A DNA stretch of 64,000 bases, taken from contig CM059432.1 of assembly GCA_030390025.1 (NCBI GenBank), positions 76,386,001-76,450,000 of the forward strand, given 5' to 3'. The stretch is from Squalus acanthias. Lineage: Eukaryota. Position 1 is the first letter of the stretch, and each line of letters begins with the position of its first letter. Below are positions 12,297 through 24,569 of this stretch, one piece after another. The notes under the pieces were generated by a model, which saw only the letters and a list, made by a program, of their open reading frames with translations, did no database searches and had not been told where the DNA came from. The translations under genes were made by a program, and so were the position numbers.

Positions 12297-14919
12297 GGTC
12301 TAGAAAGTGGATAAGGCCTGAAAATGGGTGGTGTCAATGGCCAGCGCTATTTGCCTGCACCCGTTGAAAGTGGTCCAGGCAGCACGCAAAATTCATGCTG
12401 CCTGTTCATTATAATGATTGGAGTGCTGATCTCAGCACTAAACATGCTGCTTATTGGCTGAGCGTTGAATAGGTGGGCCAATATCGGGTGCAGGCTAATG
12501 GCCAGTAATGTCTGGCCTAGGCTCTCTGCGCTACTTAAAGGGGAGGTGTTTTGATGCAGCAGCACCTCATTGTCAATGTAGTCTGAAGCCATGGCACAGC
12601 AACAACAACACAAAGAAAGAGCTAGTAGGTTCTCGGATGCTGCTCTCGAGGCTTTGGTCATGGCAGTGGAGAAAAGGTGGGGTGTCCTGTTTCCGCAGGG
12701 TGACAGGAAGCCATCAAACCCACTTGCAGAAGGCTATGGCAAGAGATAGCTGCCTATATCACAGCCAACAGTGTCGTGCCGAGCTTCTGGATATAGTGCC
12801 GAAAGAAGTTTAATGACCTCACACTGCAGGTCAAGGTGAGTGAAGGCTTCAGCAAATGTCATATCCCACCATCTGCACCACAAGCCTCACACACTGCTCA
12901 ATGCACCACACCCCATCACTCACCTACCAACAATCTCTACCTATCACCACTCATACCTCACAATCATAGCTTCATTTCACCCTCATAACCTTACCACTGC
13001 TGCAACACTCACACCCACCTCTCACACCTTGCACACACTGAGAGCTATTCAACTATTATACCATTCCTGCTGGTGCTCCTCCTCTTCCTCTTCCTCTTGC
13101 TCTTCTCCCTCTTCCTCCTCCTCTTGAAGTGGTCCTGCAATCCCTGCTGGCAAGGGCTGCACCCTCATGATGGCCAAGTTGTGAAGCATGCAGTATGACC
13201 ACCACGAAATGGGACACCCGCTCAGCCGAGTACTGGAGGGCTCCTCCCGAGCGGTCAAGGCAGTGGAACCATTGCTTGAGCACCCCGATGGTCTGCTCAA
13301 TGATGTTCCTGGTGGTAGCATGGCTCTCATTATATGAGTGTTGGGCAAGAGTGTTGGGGTTGCGGAGGGGCGTTATCAGCCAGGTGCAGAGCGGATAGCC
13401 CATCTCTGAGCAGCCAACCTCGGGTTTGACATGGTGGCGGGAAGAATGCTGGCACGCTGGACTGATGCAGGATGGAGGCATCATGATGGCTGCCAGGTTA
13501 GCGGGCATTGGCCATCAGGATGCGCCGGGCGTGGTGGCACAACAACTGCACATTACAACAACAAAAACAACAGCAACTTCTATTTATATAGCACCTTTAA
13601 CATAGTAAAATGTCCCAAGGCACTTCACAGGAGTATTAAAAGGCAAATAATTTGACAAAAAATTAAGTGAGTGGCAGCCTTTGGTCCTGAGGTGGTCCCA
13701 CAATCCCTGTTGGCAAGGGCTGTGCCCTCATGATGGCCAAGTTGTGAAACATGCAGCAGAACACCATGAAATGGGACATCCACTCTGGCGAGTACTGGAG
13801 GGCTCCTCATGGTGGTCTGCTGCATGCTTCACAAGTTGGCCATCATGAGGGCGCATCCCTTCCCAGCAGGGATTGCGGGACCATCTCAGGATTGGTATAC
13901 AGCGCCCGCAAAGCCACGTATGTGCAGTCGATGGCGCCCTGCACCATGGGGAAGCCCGCTATTATGCGCACTCCTCCTGCTTGTCTCTGTTCAGAGGGAA
14001 GACAGCGTAGTCCCTTCTCTTGGTGTCGAGAGCCTATGTGACCTCCCGCATGCAGCGATGGACGACGAACTGGGAGATGTTAGCTATGTCTCCTGCTACA
14101 GACTGGTGAAGAAATTGAGGGCCACGGTGACCTTGAGGGCCACTGGGAGAGCCGTGGTCACCCTGCTCTGAGGTTGCAGGTCTGGTTACAGTAGGTGGCA
14201 GAGTTCTGTGACCACCTCCTTGGTGAAACGGAGCCTCCTAATACACTGCTCCTCGCTTAAGTGGATACAAGAGAAGTGCTTTCGGAAGACCCTAGGTGGG
14301 TAAGGTCTCCTGTTGAGAGCCCTCCTGGCCCTCCTCCTCCTCCCTCTGTGCGCATCTTCTCTTCGCTGCCTCCGCTCCCTCTCCCGAAGATACTCGAGTG
14401 CAAGGGGGACTGCAAATGGAGCCCCCACGACTGTGAGCAAGTGGTGTGAGCAAATGCCTTTAACTAAGAATGAAGGTGTTCTCCACTTGCACCAACACTC
14501 CCTGTTACCTTAGGAACTTGAAACAAGTTTAGAAAGCTCAAGAGTTGCAGAAAGTTGCACAGAGCCAGTCTAACTGAAAAACCATGTCAGCTGCAAGTTG
14601 ATGATCCCTTTAAATAGCGCTACTGGGGGCTCCTTCCTGCTTGTGAACGCTTGGCCAGCTGGTTGTAATTAACACAGGCCGGTAAGTGGAGTGGTGAACA
14701 CAAAAATGGCAGATCAGGCATCAAGTGAGCGTTGCACACTCACTGACGTCACGATCTGCATAATCTAAATATCTCGAGCGAGCACCGGCATCAGCAGGGC
14801 TGCTGACCTGCCGAAAATGGCAGCTACCGTGGGACCTGCGGGCGAAAGTGAGGTGGCCACCATTGTTTTCACCAAAACAGACCTTAACGGCCAGCGCTAA
14901 CACCTCCAATTTCTAGGAC
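12297..14919 (+). mobile_element. Internally deleted and scrambled PIF/Harbinger element
   Basis: TIRs GGTCTAGAAAGTGG / CCAATTTCTAGGAC; Myb exon 1 remnant from 12591 (MAQQQQHKERASRFSDAALEAL); transposase C-terminus (IEQTIGVLKQWFHCLDRSGG, 13056-13400, minus) and N-terminus (RRLRFTKEVVTELC, ~14000-14440, minus). Confidence 0.85.
13550..13665 (-). mobile_element. L2-type 3' tail fragment inside the Harbinger
   Basis: Reverse complement matches the L2 tails at ~27480-27560 and ~39260-39350 (CCTGTGAAGTGCCTTGGGACATTTTACTATGTTAAAGGTGCTATATAAATA, then GTT repeats). Confidence 0.75.
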
Positions 14920-14921
14920 AT

Positions 14922-16345
14922 GGGGATGATTTTCCCAATGGAGGCGGGTTGGAGGCGGGTTTCGGTTTGGGTGGGTTCCAAACCCGCCTCCACTGAGAGG
15001 TGGGAAAAATTTGCGATTTTCCCCTGATTGGCCAGTTGATTTCAGAGGTGTGGGTTCCCCTGGGCCAATTAGTCTTTTGGGACTGAAACTCGCCTCTGCT
15101 GACGTCACTTATCCAGCTTCATTTAAGGGCTGCGTGCTGCCTTGGCTCATTCCACTGGTTTTTAGTCGATGCTGCAGCACCTCCAAGCTGTTATCTCCTT
15201 GAAGAATGGCCAGCTCCAAGGCAAGGGCCTCCCCGAGGTTCTCGGATGAGGCGCTGGGTATGCTGGTTGAGGGGGCGAGAGCTAGCAGGGAGGTGTTCTT
15301 CCCCTCATCTGGGAGGAAGAGGCCTCCCAAAGAAACCAAGGCTGTGTGGGTCCAGCTGGCAAGGGATATAACCTCCAGATCTGTGTGCAGATTAGGTGAT
15401 TGTTTTTGTTTATTGATGAAATGCCATCCCTCTGGGAATGTATTAAAATTAGGTGATGGCAAACTGTTGGCGTGATGGCATCTGTTATTTCGGCTTAGGC
15501 AGCTCCACATTGTGGGCTCCACGACACTTGCGTGGTCAGGTTGGTGGTCAGAGTGAAAGGAGGCCAGAGAGTCATGTCCATTGTCTATCATGTGTTAAGA
15601 AGAAGCCAAGCACATGGGCCACAATGGGCAACCTATGCAAACCTGGCCAGGATGAGTGCATTCCTTGCACGACGTGCTTCCATGCGCTGGCGTCTTCTGC
15701 CCTGTGCAGCATCAGGTGGGTGAGCAGGAGGTTGGGGCTCCTGCTGCTGTTGCTGCTGAGCTGCCTGGTTCTGCTGCTGCCGTGGCTGCTCTTCATCCGA
15801 ATCTGAGGTCCATGGTGAAAGGAAATAAATGGTTCCCATGCTGCTGGCAGATACCTCCGTTGGGGAAGCACTCAGTCCAAGCGGGGAGAGGGTCTTCAAA
15901 GGAGGTCCCACATCTGAGAGATAGAAGCTGCAGCACCTCCGACTTCGGTAGCCTGCTAAAAGTGCTGAAAGACCTTTGGAACAAAAGTTCTGCCACCTGC
16001 AACTGCTCCCTGATGAAAGCTCCGTTTTAATGGTAGAGCTGCAGCTGTGAGGAGGCCACCCACTTGTCAACCCACTAGGAGGGTCGTGCAACATGCTGAA
16101 AATATAGTAAAATAACAAAGGCCTGTCAAAATAGGATTATAGAGGCCCTTAACTACTATTTAAGGGTCTTAACTACCTCTCCCGACTGATGGAGGCGGGA
16201 CCGAATCGCACCCATCAAACCCGCCTCCGGCAAAATTGCGCGGAGGCAGGTTGGAGGCAGGTTCCGAACCCGCCCTCAGTTTTTGCCATTTTGCCAACTG
16301 TCCCGCCTCCAAACCCGCCTCCTCGGGGCTGGGAAAATCGTCCCC
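14922..16345 (+). mobile_element. Internally deleted PIF/Harbinger derivative
   Basis: 16-bp TIRs GGGGATGATTTTCCCA / TGGGAAAATCGTCCCC; 5' part of Myb exon 1 (15206: MASSKARASPRFSDEALGMLVEG); transposase Q-rich N-terminus on the minus strand (~15640-15840); GGCGGG subterminal repeats. Confidence 0.85.
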
Positions 16346-17137
16346 ATGGTTTCTAAATTATATTTGTAAAACAAATTATTTTGTACTGAAACTTCCAGCC
16401 ATCTTTACCATGCAATTGCTGTAATGGTTATAATAAACACTGGTGTTTCTATGATTAAAGAAGCAGTGGTCTCCATAATGCAAAGATACATATGAAATTA
16501 AATTCACTTAGTTAGATATTTACAAGACAATGGCTCTGCACAGTGTGAACATGGCTTCCCAGTCTGTTAATATTAAAACCATTGCCTGTGTGGTAGAGGA
16601 AGCATCTGATGTAAAACTGAGGCTCACAAACCAGATAGATTATACTTGATTCTTCATTTACTTTAACTCTGTTCAAAACACTTGGCTAAAATGCTGTTAG
16701 TATATCCCACTGCTTACGTCTTACTTTATGGGTTGGGACAGAATTTAAAATGTAGGTTTTTTTACCCATTTATGCTGGCCTTTAATCTCCTGCCGCAACC
16801 CCCCCACCCCCATCCCACCAATTAACACATGAACAAGCAGACTGACACTGTCCATGTCAAATGATAAATGAAGCAGAATTTGTGACTCTTTGTTTGTCAA
16901 CATGGGTACGATCAAATCGTTGCTCAGCAGGAAAGAGCCATAGGAAATCAAAGTTGTTTTGGATTAATTAGCAAAATAATAATAAGTCTGTCTAATGATT
17001 ACTCTGTGTAAGGTCATGATCTTGAAAAAGTCCTTGAGGAGACTTGCAGCTGATTATTATGGGGATAAGACCAAAATGAATGAATGTGATGTGAATGTTC
17101 AGTTTGGTGTAGGCAGTAAATGTAAAAACATTTAATC

Positions 17138-17220
17138 AGAGAGAGAGCGAGGGAGAGGGAGGCAGACAGAGAGACGGGTGGGTGCAGTGGGGGGGGGTGG
17201 GGGGGGGAGGTGGGGAGGAA
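17138..17220 (+). repeat. (GA)n / poly-G purine tract
   Basis: AGAGAGAGAG... followed by several G-runs of 3-9 nt. Confidence 0.7.
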
Positions 17221-19429
17221 GCATACTTTATGAATTTGTAATAATGTTATTTCCCATTCTCAAAGGTCTAGTTCTACTGATAGTTCCGTCTATGTCCTTT
17301 GATGGCTTTAGCTTCATTACTAAATATACAGTGTGTGAAATCAGTATATAAATCACAGATGAATGGAGGCGGTATTAGACTGTTAACTTGCTCTCCATTC
17401 TGTAATGGTTTTTAGCCATTACCAGCTTTGGTTCCATCAGGCACTGGTGCAGAGAAGTGTGTCAGACCAGCAGGCCAAAATTAAATTACAGCAGATTCAC
17501 ACTTTGCATTAAAATATTGGCTCAGTGATGGGGGCTAGTAATCACGTAAGGATTTTCCTTAAAGACTGCAGCTCTCTGTTAAAGCAGCCACATTCAGCTA
17601 ATTCATGCTGGCAGCTCCTTTATTGGCTGCTGATGATGCAGTATTGATTCCTGAACACTGCTACAGTACAGAATCACTAGTGCGTGGTTCAAAATACTGC
17701 AATAGGGGCCGGCAGCTATTGGAAGCAGCCATTCCAATGCACAAACAAGGTCAGTTAAAGGACAGTGCAGCATCACCATGTGCAAATGGTTACAATGGAG
17801 AAAGGAATATAATTCTGTTAAAATGTATTATAATGAAGTTGTTGAGCAGAAAACCAGGTGCTTTATTTTTTTTAAAATGCTGCATGTCATCTGTAGGTTA
17901 GGATTATTTGACTAATATTGTTTAGCTACATTGCTCAGCAGGTACCAATTGGGTTATTGTAGGGCTGTAACCTCAATGAGAGCTTTAAAATAGGAGGCAC
18001 AATTCTTCATGTTCTGGGAAAAAAAAGGTCTACACAATTTAACACTCAGGATTTTAGTGCAGATTTACACCAGACAGTTTAGCCGGCAGCAAATAAGCAG
18101 CAGCCCCGACCCCTCGGGACTCATAAAGTTATCTTCCTGTGCAGGCAGTCTCTCAGGTTCTTACAGCTTGCAATAGGAAGTAGTGAGAACCAGGATAGAA
18201 ACACATGACACAACTGCACATTGTGACTGAAGGTCAAAGTGGCATTGTGGTGGAAAGCAAAATGCTGATGCATGTTGACATGTCAGCTAAGAGCAGCTGC
18301 CATGTCAAAGCAATTGCAAAATTAACTCCCTCCACCCATGAAAGCAGGAAGTACAATATCTCAAACAAACTGATAACAGCATTTTATCCTATGTGAATTA
18401 TTAAAATTAATTATCCTATTCAGTTGTAATTGTACAGTTATTTTAAAAAAGAAAGGAAACTGAAACCAGTTTATTATGTTTTTGAAAAGGGGACAAACAG
18501 AAATGTAATTCTGCAGCTGAAATTCAACATAATAGCGGCTACATCCTTGACTACCCTTCCCTCTTATTGCATGGGATTGGAGGAACACTTAGGCATCAAA
18601 ACTTCTCTCCTGACTTACAGACCGAATCCAGGGTTATCATGCAGGCTTTGGTCAGTCATTTAGTTTGCAGGTCACATCTGCCCAGGCTTGATTATTATGA
18701 TACATTACAGCCTGAAATAATTGCATACCTGGAACATCTGCGGCTGTCATCTTCAGCACCTTCCTGTGGACAGCTCCAGGGCAGACATTGGAGGTTAAAG
18801 TGGACTCCTGCTGTTCCTTGTTCTAAGAGGACACAGTATGGTCTCTTTCAGATCTCACAATTCTCAGATTACATTTTTTTCTTTTTTTAATGCATAATTC
18901 ACATCATTTTATTTTTTAAGCATAGTACCACTTTTTGTACTGTCCGAAGCCTTTGGCAACTGTAGGCTTTCAAAATGGATGGTTTTCTTCACTTTGCATG
19001 CCTCTGTGCTGCATCTGGCAACAGTGATAAAGAAAAACTGTTTAGAGTCTGATTTTGTTGTTAATTATACCTTGCTTTGATTTTGAGTTTGAAATTATAT
19101 TCTTGCTCATTACACATGTATCCTGGTCGATATATACAAGAAAAGACATATCAAAACTAATGTGTCCCAGCAATAACACGGCAATGAATATTCGTTCACT
19201 CATTCAGGGGAATTTTTGCAATCACTAGAATTACAAGACGGTCAAGTGATTTAGAGGCAGTGAAAATGAGAACAAACATCACACAGTTTGTGCAACTTTT
19301 GACTACATAATAAACACAGCATCTGTCTAAATTTTTGGGCAAAAATGTGAATGTCAATGGTTTTTGATTTTATAATAAAAATAAACTATGAGGTAAAATA
19401 GATTTTTTAGCTGTTGAAGTTATGACACC

Positions 19430-19790
19430 AGGAATAGTGGCACAGTAGGTCAGCACACTGACTTTTCAACTCAAATTCAACCCAGACTGATGGGATGAAT
19501 GTCTGCTCTCTTTGCTGTCTGTAAGGGACTAAGTGACGTTGTATTAGTGAAATTGTTACCCTCTGTCCTGTTTCCATTGAGCATGAACTTGCATCACTAA
19601 ACAGCCAATAATTTAACCTCACTCAGAGAAGCTGCAAATTTATGAAAATGTCGCACGGGTGTACCTGGGGATATTCCTCTCAGGACAGAGTTAAGGCACG
19701 TTGTTGAGACAATGTAGAAAGCTTAACTATTCATATAATGTGTGCTTGAAGTTTCTACTGGGGGCAAAAACTGGATGATTGCTCAGTTCC
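19430..19790 (+). mobile_element. Degraded tRNA-headed SINE, LF-SINE-like
   Basis: A-box-like TGGCACAGTAGG and CAAATTCAACCCAG head. The body CCTCTCAGGACAGAGTTAAGGCACGTTGTTGAGACAATGTAGAAAGC resembles the LF-SINE 3' region as recalled from memory, not aligned. Confidence 0.4.
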
Positions 19791-21182
19791 CTAATACTAA
19801 GGCTCCTCACTGCGATGAGCAGAAAAGTTCAAAAATTCAAAATTTATAATGACAGTTTTGATGTTGTCAACAGTAAAACTAGAAATTACATTTTTATGCA
19901 TGTCAGCTTATTAATAGTATAGAAATTTATGTGGTTACTTCTCATTTCTTTTTACTTGGCCTTGTTAGGCTGTGGATCAAAGGTATCAAAATGACATCTT
20001 CCCAAAAGTACCTTTGTAAAAATGCACTAGAACTGTTAATCATTTCCCTATAGTTCTTTCACATTTTATTAAAAAGTGATTTTGAATGATGGAGTGTGAT
20101 TTTTGGGGGTCTGCAAGTGAAGATAGTGGCTGTTGTGGATTCTTTTGGTGCTGCTACAGTCCTTTTCATTCATTTTACTTAAAGGACAGTTCTGTTCTAA
20201 TTATAGCTGTGCTTGAGGATAAGCTGAAAGGTCACTTATATAGGCCAACGGAGTTAGGTTTTCTTATGTCCAACTTAACAAAGCTGTTGATGTCAGAAAT
20301 TATGGGAAGCTTATCAGTGTTTGTAAAGAATAGCAAGAAAAACTGTCAGCCTTTCTTCCCCTGAAGCAGCAGTGCCTTGGAAGTATTAATGCATCATTTT
20401 ATGTGATTAATAGCTTCATCGGCCATTTCTTCTACGATTTAATATTAAAATATTAAACTTAAACAAGAAAAGTGACCAAACTCAAAATTCAAAAACTTCC
20501 CATTTCTGGTTGGTTAGTACCAACATAGGAAGTGCTTCAATGCAAAAGAAAATCAGGCGGGGTGTAAAACGGGCAACCGATTAGCTATCGCTGTTTCGCG
20601 CTCCCGCCAAAGACCAATTTTACCCTCAATACCTAGGCCGAAATTTTCCTGCTGCCGTGCATGCAGATTTGGAGGCGGGTCAGTAGTAAAAGTCGTAGAA
20701 AAAGGGAATGTGTCGGGAACCCGCCGTCATCCCGCCTCCTCGCACCTTTAACTCGGGCACATTTGCCAGCGCGGCACAGACCCGAACGGCAAAGGCAGGC
20801 AACCTAATCCAGCTCATTAAAACCTTGTTATCAGACCCTTAACTGTCTTTAACCAGACCTTTTGAATTTCACTGGATGACCACGGGAATCACGCAGCTCG
20901 GGAAACACGTCTGTGAACCTGAGGCAGAAGCTCAGTGGCCATTGATTGAGGTCATTAATGCACAGCATGGAAATCCCAATAAATACTCCCACAGGATACC
21001 TCATTACTTGCCTAAGGGAAAGACTCTTACTGAGTGCATTTTGAGCACAGATTTAGGTGTCTAGAGTTTGCAAGTCTTTTCGGCAACTTCAGAAACCACT
21101 CTCACCTCATTGCTACTAACTATCACACCATTGACAGATTGCTTCACTGATCTCTACTTGACCTGCCATCTATTACATGAGC

Positions 21183-22398
21183 ATGGGTGCCATTTATACC
21201 GTCTCACCTTGGTCCTCAGAATTAGACCAAGATGAGCCCCAACACCAGCAGCAGCAGCAACAACAACAACTTTCTCCTCAACGACCTGATGCTCCACAGG
21301 ACAGAGGACATCAGTGCAGGGCTGCAGCGCGCCGGAGATGATACTCCAACACAGGGTATACAGGCAGAGGATGAACTCCCTCAACATGACTGAGCAGCAG
21401 TGACAAAGGAGGCTCAGGCTATCATGCCAGGTCATCGCAGACATTTGTAGCTCACTGGAACAAGACCTTCAACCCAGAGGAGTGGGTGGACACACCTTAC
21501 CAGTGGCTATCAAAGTCACCAGTGCACTCAACTTCTTTGCATCAGGCTCCTTCCAGGGATCTGCAGCAGACATTTGCGGCATCTCGCAGTCGGCCACCCA
21601 CAGATGCATCACACAGGTCACCGATACCATGTTTGACATGTCAGCCAATTATATCAACTTTGCCATTGATGACACCAGTGTTACTGAGCGGGTGATCGGC
21701 TTTGCCACTTTGGCTGGCTTCCCACAGGGTCAGGGCATCATCGACTGCACACATGTGGCCATCAGAGCACCCCATCATCACCCAGGAGTCTTTGTGAACC
21801 ACAAGGGCTTCCACTCCCTCAATGTGCAGCTGGTCTGCAACCATAGGAAGATCATCATGCATGTGTGCGCCAAATTCCCTGGCAGCTGTCATGACTCTTT
21901 CATCCTGCGCCAGTCCACCCTCCCTCAGCTCCTCACACCGCCAAGTGCACTTACTGGCTGGCTGCTTGGAGACAAGGACTATCCACTGAAGACATGACAC
22001 CCTTGAGGAGGCCAAGTAATGAGGGCGAGGAGCATTATAATGAAAGCCACATGTCCACCAGATGTGTGATAGAGCAAACAATAGGCATGCTGAAGATGCG
22101 CTTCAGATGCCTTGACAGATCTGGAGGAGCCCTTCAGTATGCACCAGCCAGGGTATCCAGAATTGTCGTGGTCTGCTGCATTCTGCACAACATAGCGCAG
22201 CAACTTGGAATAGCGCTGCATGAGGAACAAGGCGCAGAGCACACAGCCTCTTCAAAGGAGGAGGAGGAGGAAGAGGAGCATCAGCTGGAAGATGAGGAGG
22301 AGGAGCAGGAGGAACCTGAGGTCCAGATGCCAGTAGCACCCAAGCACATTGCTGTCCAGGAGGCCAGGGATGGCCTCATCATGGCCAGATTTACTTAA
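21183..22398 (+). pseudogene. Harbinger (HARBI1-like) DDE transposase, disrupted
   Basis: [24 protein letters not shown] and [15 protein letters not shown] motifs; poly-Q N-terminus, poly-E C-terminus; in-frame stops and frameshifts. Confidence 0.93.
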
Positions 22399-22678
22399 CT
22401 TCCTGCATTACACCCATATGGCTGCCACATGCTGTGCCAGGTTCCCCCCCCCCGACCCCACCCACCCCACAACAACACCAAAAAGCATCCCTACAATGAC
22501 CAAGCCATTCCTTTCACACTGACCCCCATTGCTGGAGGTAACATTATGTCTCACCATTCACTCCAATTCACTAAGCCACTTCCAAAGTACCATATATATA
22601 TGGGCATGACCAGAAAGTGGTGAAAATAAATAGTTTTATGTGTCATAACATTAACGGAACCTTAACAATAACACTTCT

Positions 22679-24569
22679 TTAAACACCCATGCGCTTACCC
22701 TTCTGTGTCATTTTCCATTTATGCATGCTTCTATGATGTGCAACCCCTGTGGCTTCAGCAGAGGTACAGGCAGCCTGCTCACATCCCTGCTGTGACTGCG
22801 TAGACACTTTTGGTGGACATCCTCTGGGTTTTGGAGCCTCTGATGACCCCGCCAAAGTCTGCTGCTCCTGCGACAGTGCAGGGGCAGACTCGGCCATCGC
22901 GATCTGAGAAGGCATCTGGGGCACTGACTGAGGGGGTGGGGGGCAACGGAGGAGAAGTGGGAGCACTTTCAGAGGAGCCCCACTTCCATGTCCCCTCTCA
23001 CCATCATCCCTCTCATGGGCCACCCGCACTTCCCTGCTAGCAAGGAGCTGGAGAGCACCTTGCTGCACATCAGTGGGGCCATGAGGACCCAAGTCTACAT
23101 TTAGATCCCTCCTAGAGATGAGGTCTATAAGCCTCTGCCATCTGTTGTCCACAGCTAGCATGTGCTCCTGTGAGTGGCGCATTAGCTGCTCCATGCAGGA
23201 GGCCATCCTATCCATGGAGGAGCCTACAGTCACCATCGCCAGCGACATGGTGGTGCCCATGTTGGAGATGGACTCCTCCATTCTCTGCACATTTTCAGAC
23301 ATCGCGGCTGCAAAGCCTGTCAGAGCCTCCTGCACTTCTTCCTGCACCTCCAGGATCGCCCTCTTTCTGGATGGTCCCCGAGGCTCAGCGTCTGCATGCA
23401 GCTGAGCAGAGCTTGGAGCGTCCTGCACCCTCCGGCGAGGAGTCTCCACTGCTGTCCCTATCAACATCATCTGCTCTTGCTGACTTGTGACTTGTGACAC
23501 CCCAGGTGACAACACTACTCTATCTCACGTGGCACCCATCGAGGTGTAAGAATCTGCGCTGGTGCTGGGTGCGCTAATGCCTGGTGACGGTGCGCCCTCA
23601 GAGGCTGGAGGCTTCGCTGAGGAGTCATCTTCCTTTTCCTCCTGGAGAGTGGGGGAGGCTTTGATGGACCTGTGGGAGAATAAAGAGATGATTTAGAAAT
23701 GTTATATTGAGAATGGGTAATGATACCATTAGGCACATGATGAACATTCACTGGCTGCTGACATCAGTCCCCATATGAGTGACTGCTGTATGCCATGTAG
23801 CTGTATGATATGTAATTCTGTCACCAGGTTGCTGAGGGATCGCCCTCTCTCCGTCTCCCACCGCCAGCAGCTCGGCAACTCCTGACACCCCCAGGGTGAC
23901 CTCCACTGCTGCTGTCAAAGTGGCGAAGGATGGAGGGCCACCTCCGGTTCTCTCCCTCTCCCTGTTGTTGTGCGCTCGTTTCTCCTGCAAGGAGGGAAAG
24001 AAGAGAAGTTTGAGTGAGAGTGATGGCATGAGTGTAAGGAATGTGTGGGTTACATCTGTAGAGCGTGACTATGAGGGAGTGGGGTGCCAATGCCAAAGTG
24101 CCAATGCCAAATGGCCTCCTTGTGTGGTGTTAGTTGGTATGATTGCATTAGGATGAGGGTGAGTGTCAGGGATGGTTAGTAAGATGGAGATGTGAGTATG
24201 TACATAGAGAGAGAGGGATGGGAGAACGTGCAAGGTATGTTGGTGTGAGTAATGATGTGCAGGAGCAGGCTTGGGAAGGCAGAGTGATGAGGATGTGATG
24301 ACAGGCACAGCAGGATGAAGTTGAGTGTGGCTTTGCACTCACCTTTCCTGATCTCACCTTTCCGGTACTGCACCCAGGTCCGCCTCACCACATCCCTGCT
24401 GTTCACCTCCTCTGCAATTTGGAGCCAGGCTCTTTTCGTCTCCTGGGAAGGTCTCTTCCACCCATCAGCAGGGAAGAGCACCTCCCTGCGTGCTCTGACT
24501 CCCTCCACAGGAATATGTAGGGTGTCATCTGAAAACCTGGGTGCAGCCCTCTGTCGTTCTGAAGCCACC
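22679..24569 (-). pseudogene. Harbinger Myb/SANT-like DNA-binding protein gene, 3 exons, disrupted
   Basis: RAAPRFSDD...AWLQIAEEVNSR...RTWVQYRK exon; EKRAHNNRERERTGGGPP exon; long third exon; GT/AG junctions match copies B and C. Confidence 0.88.
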
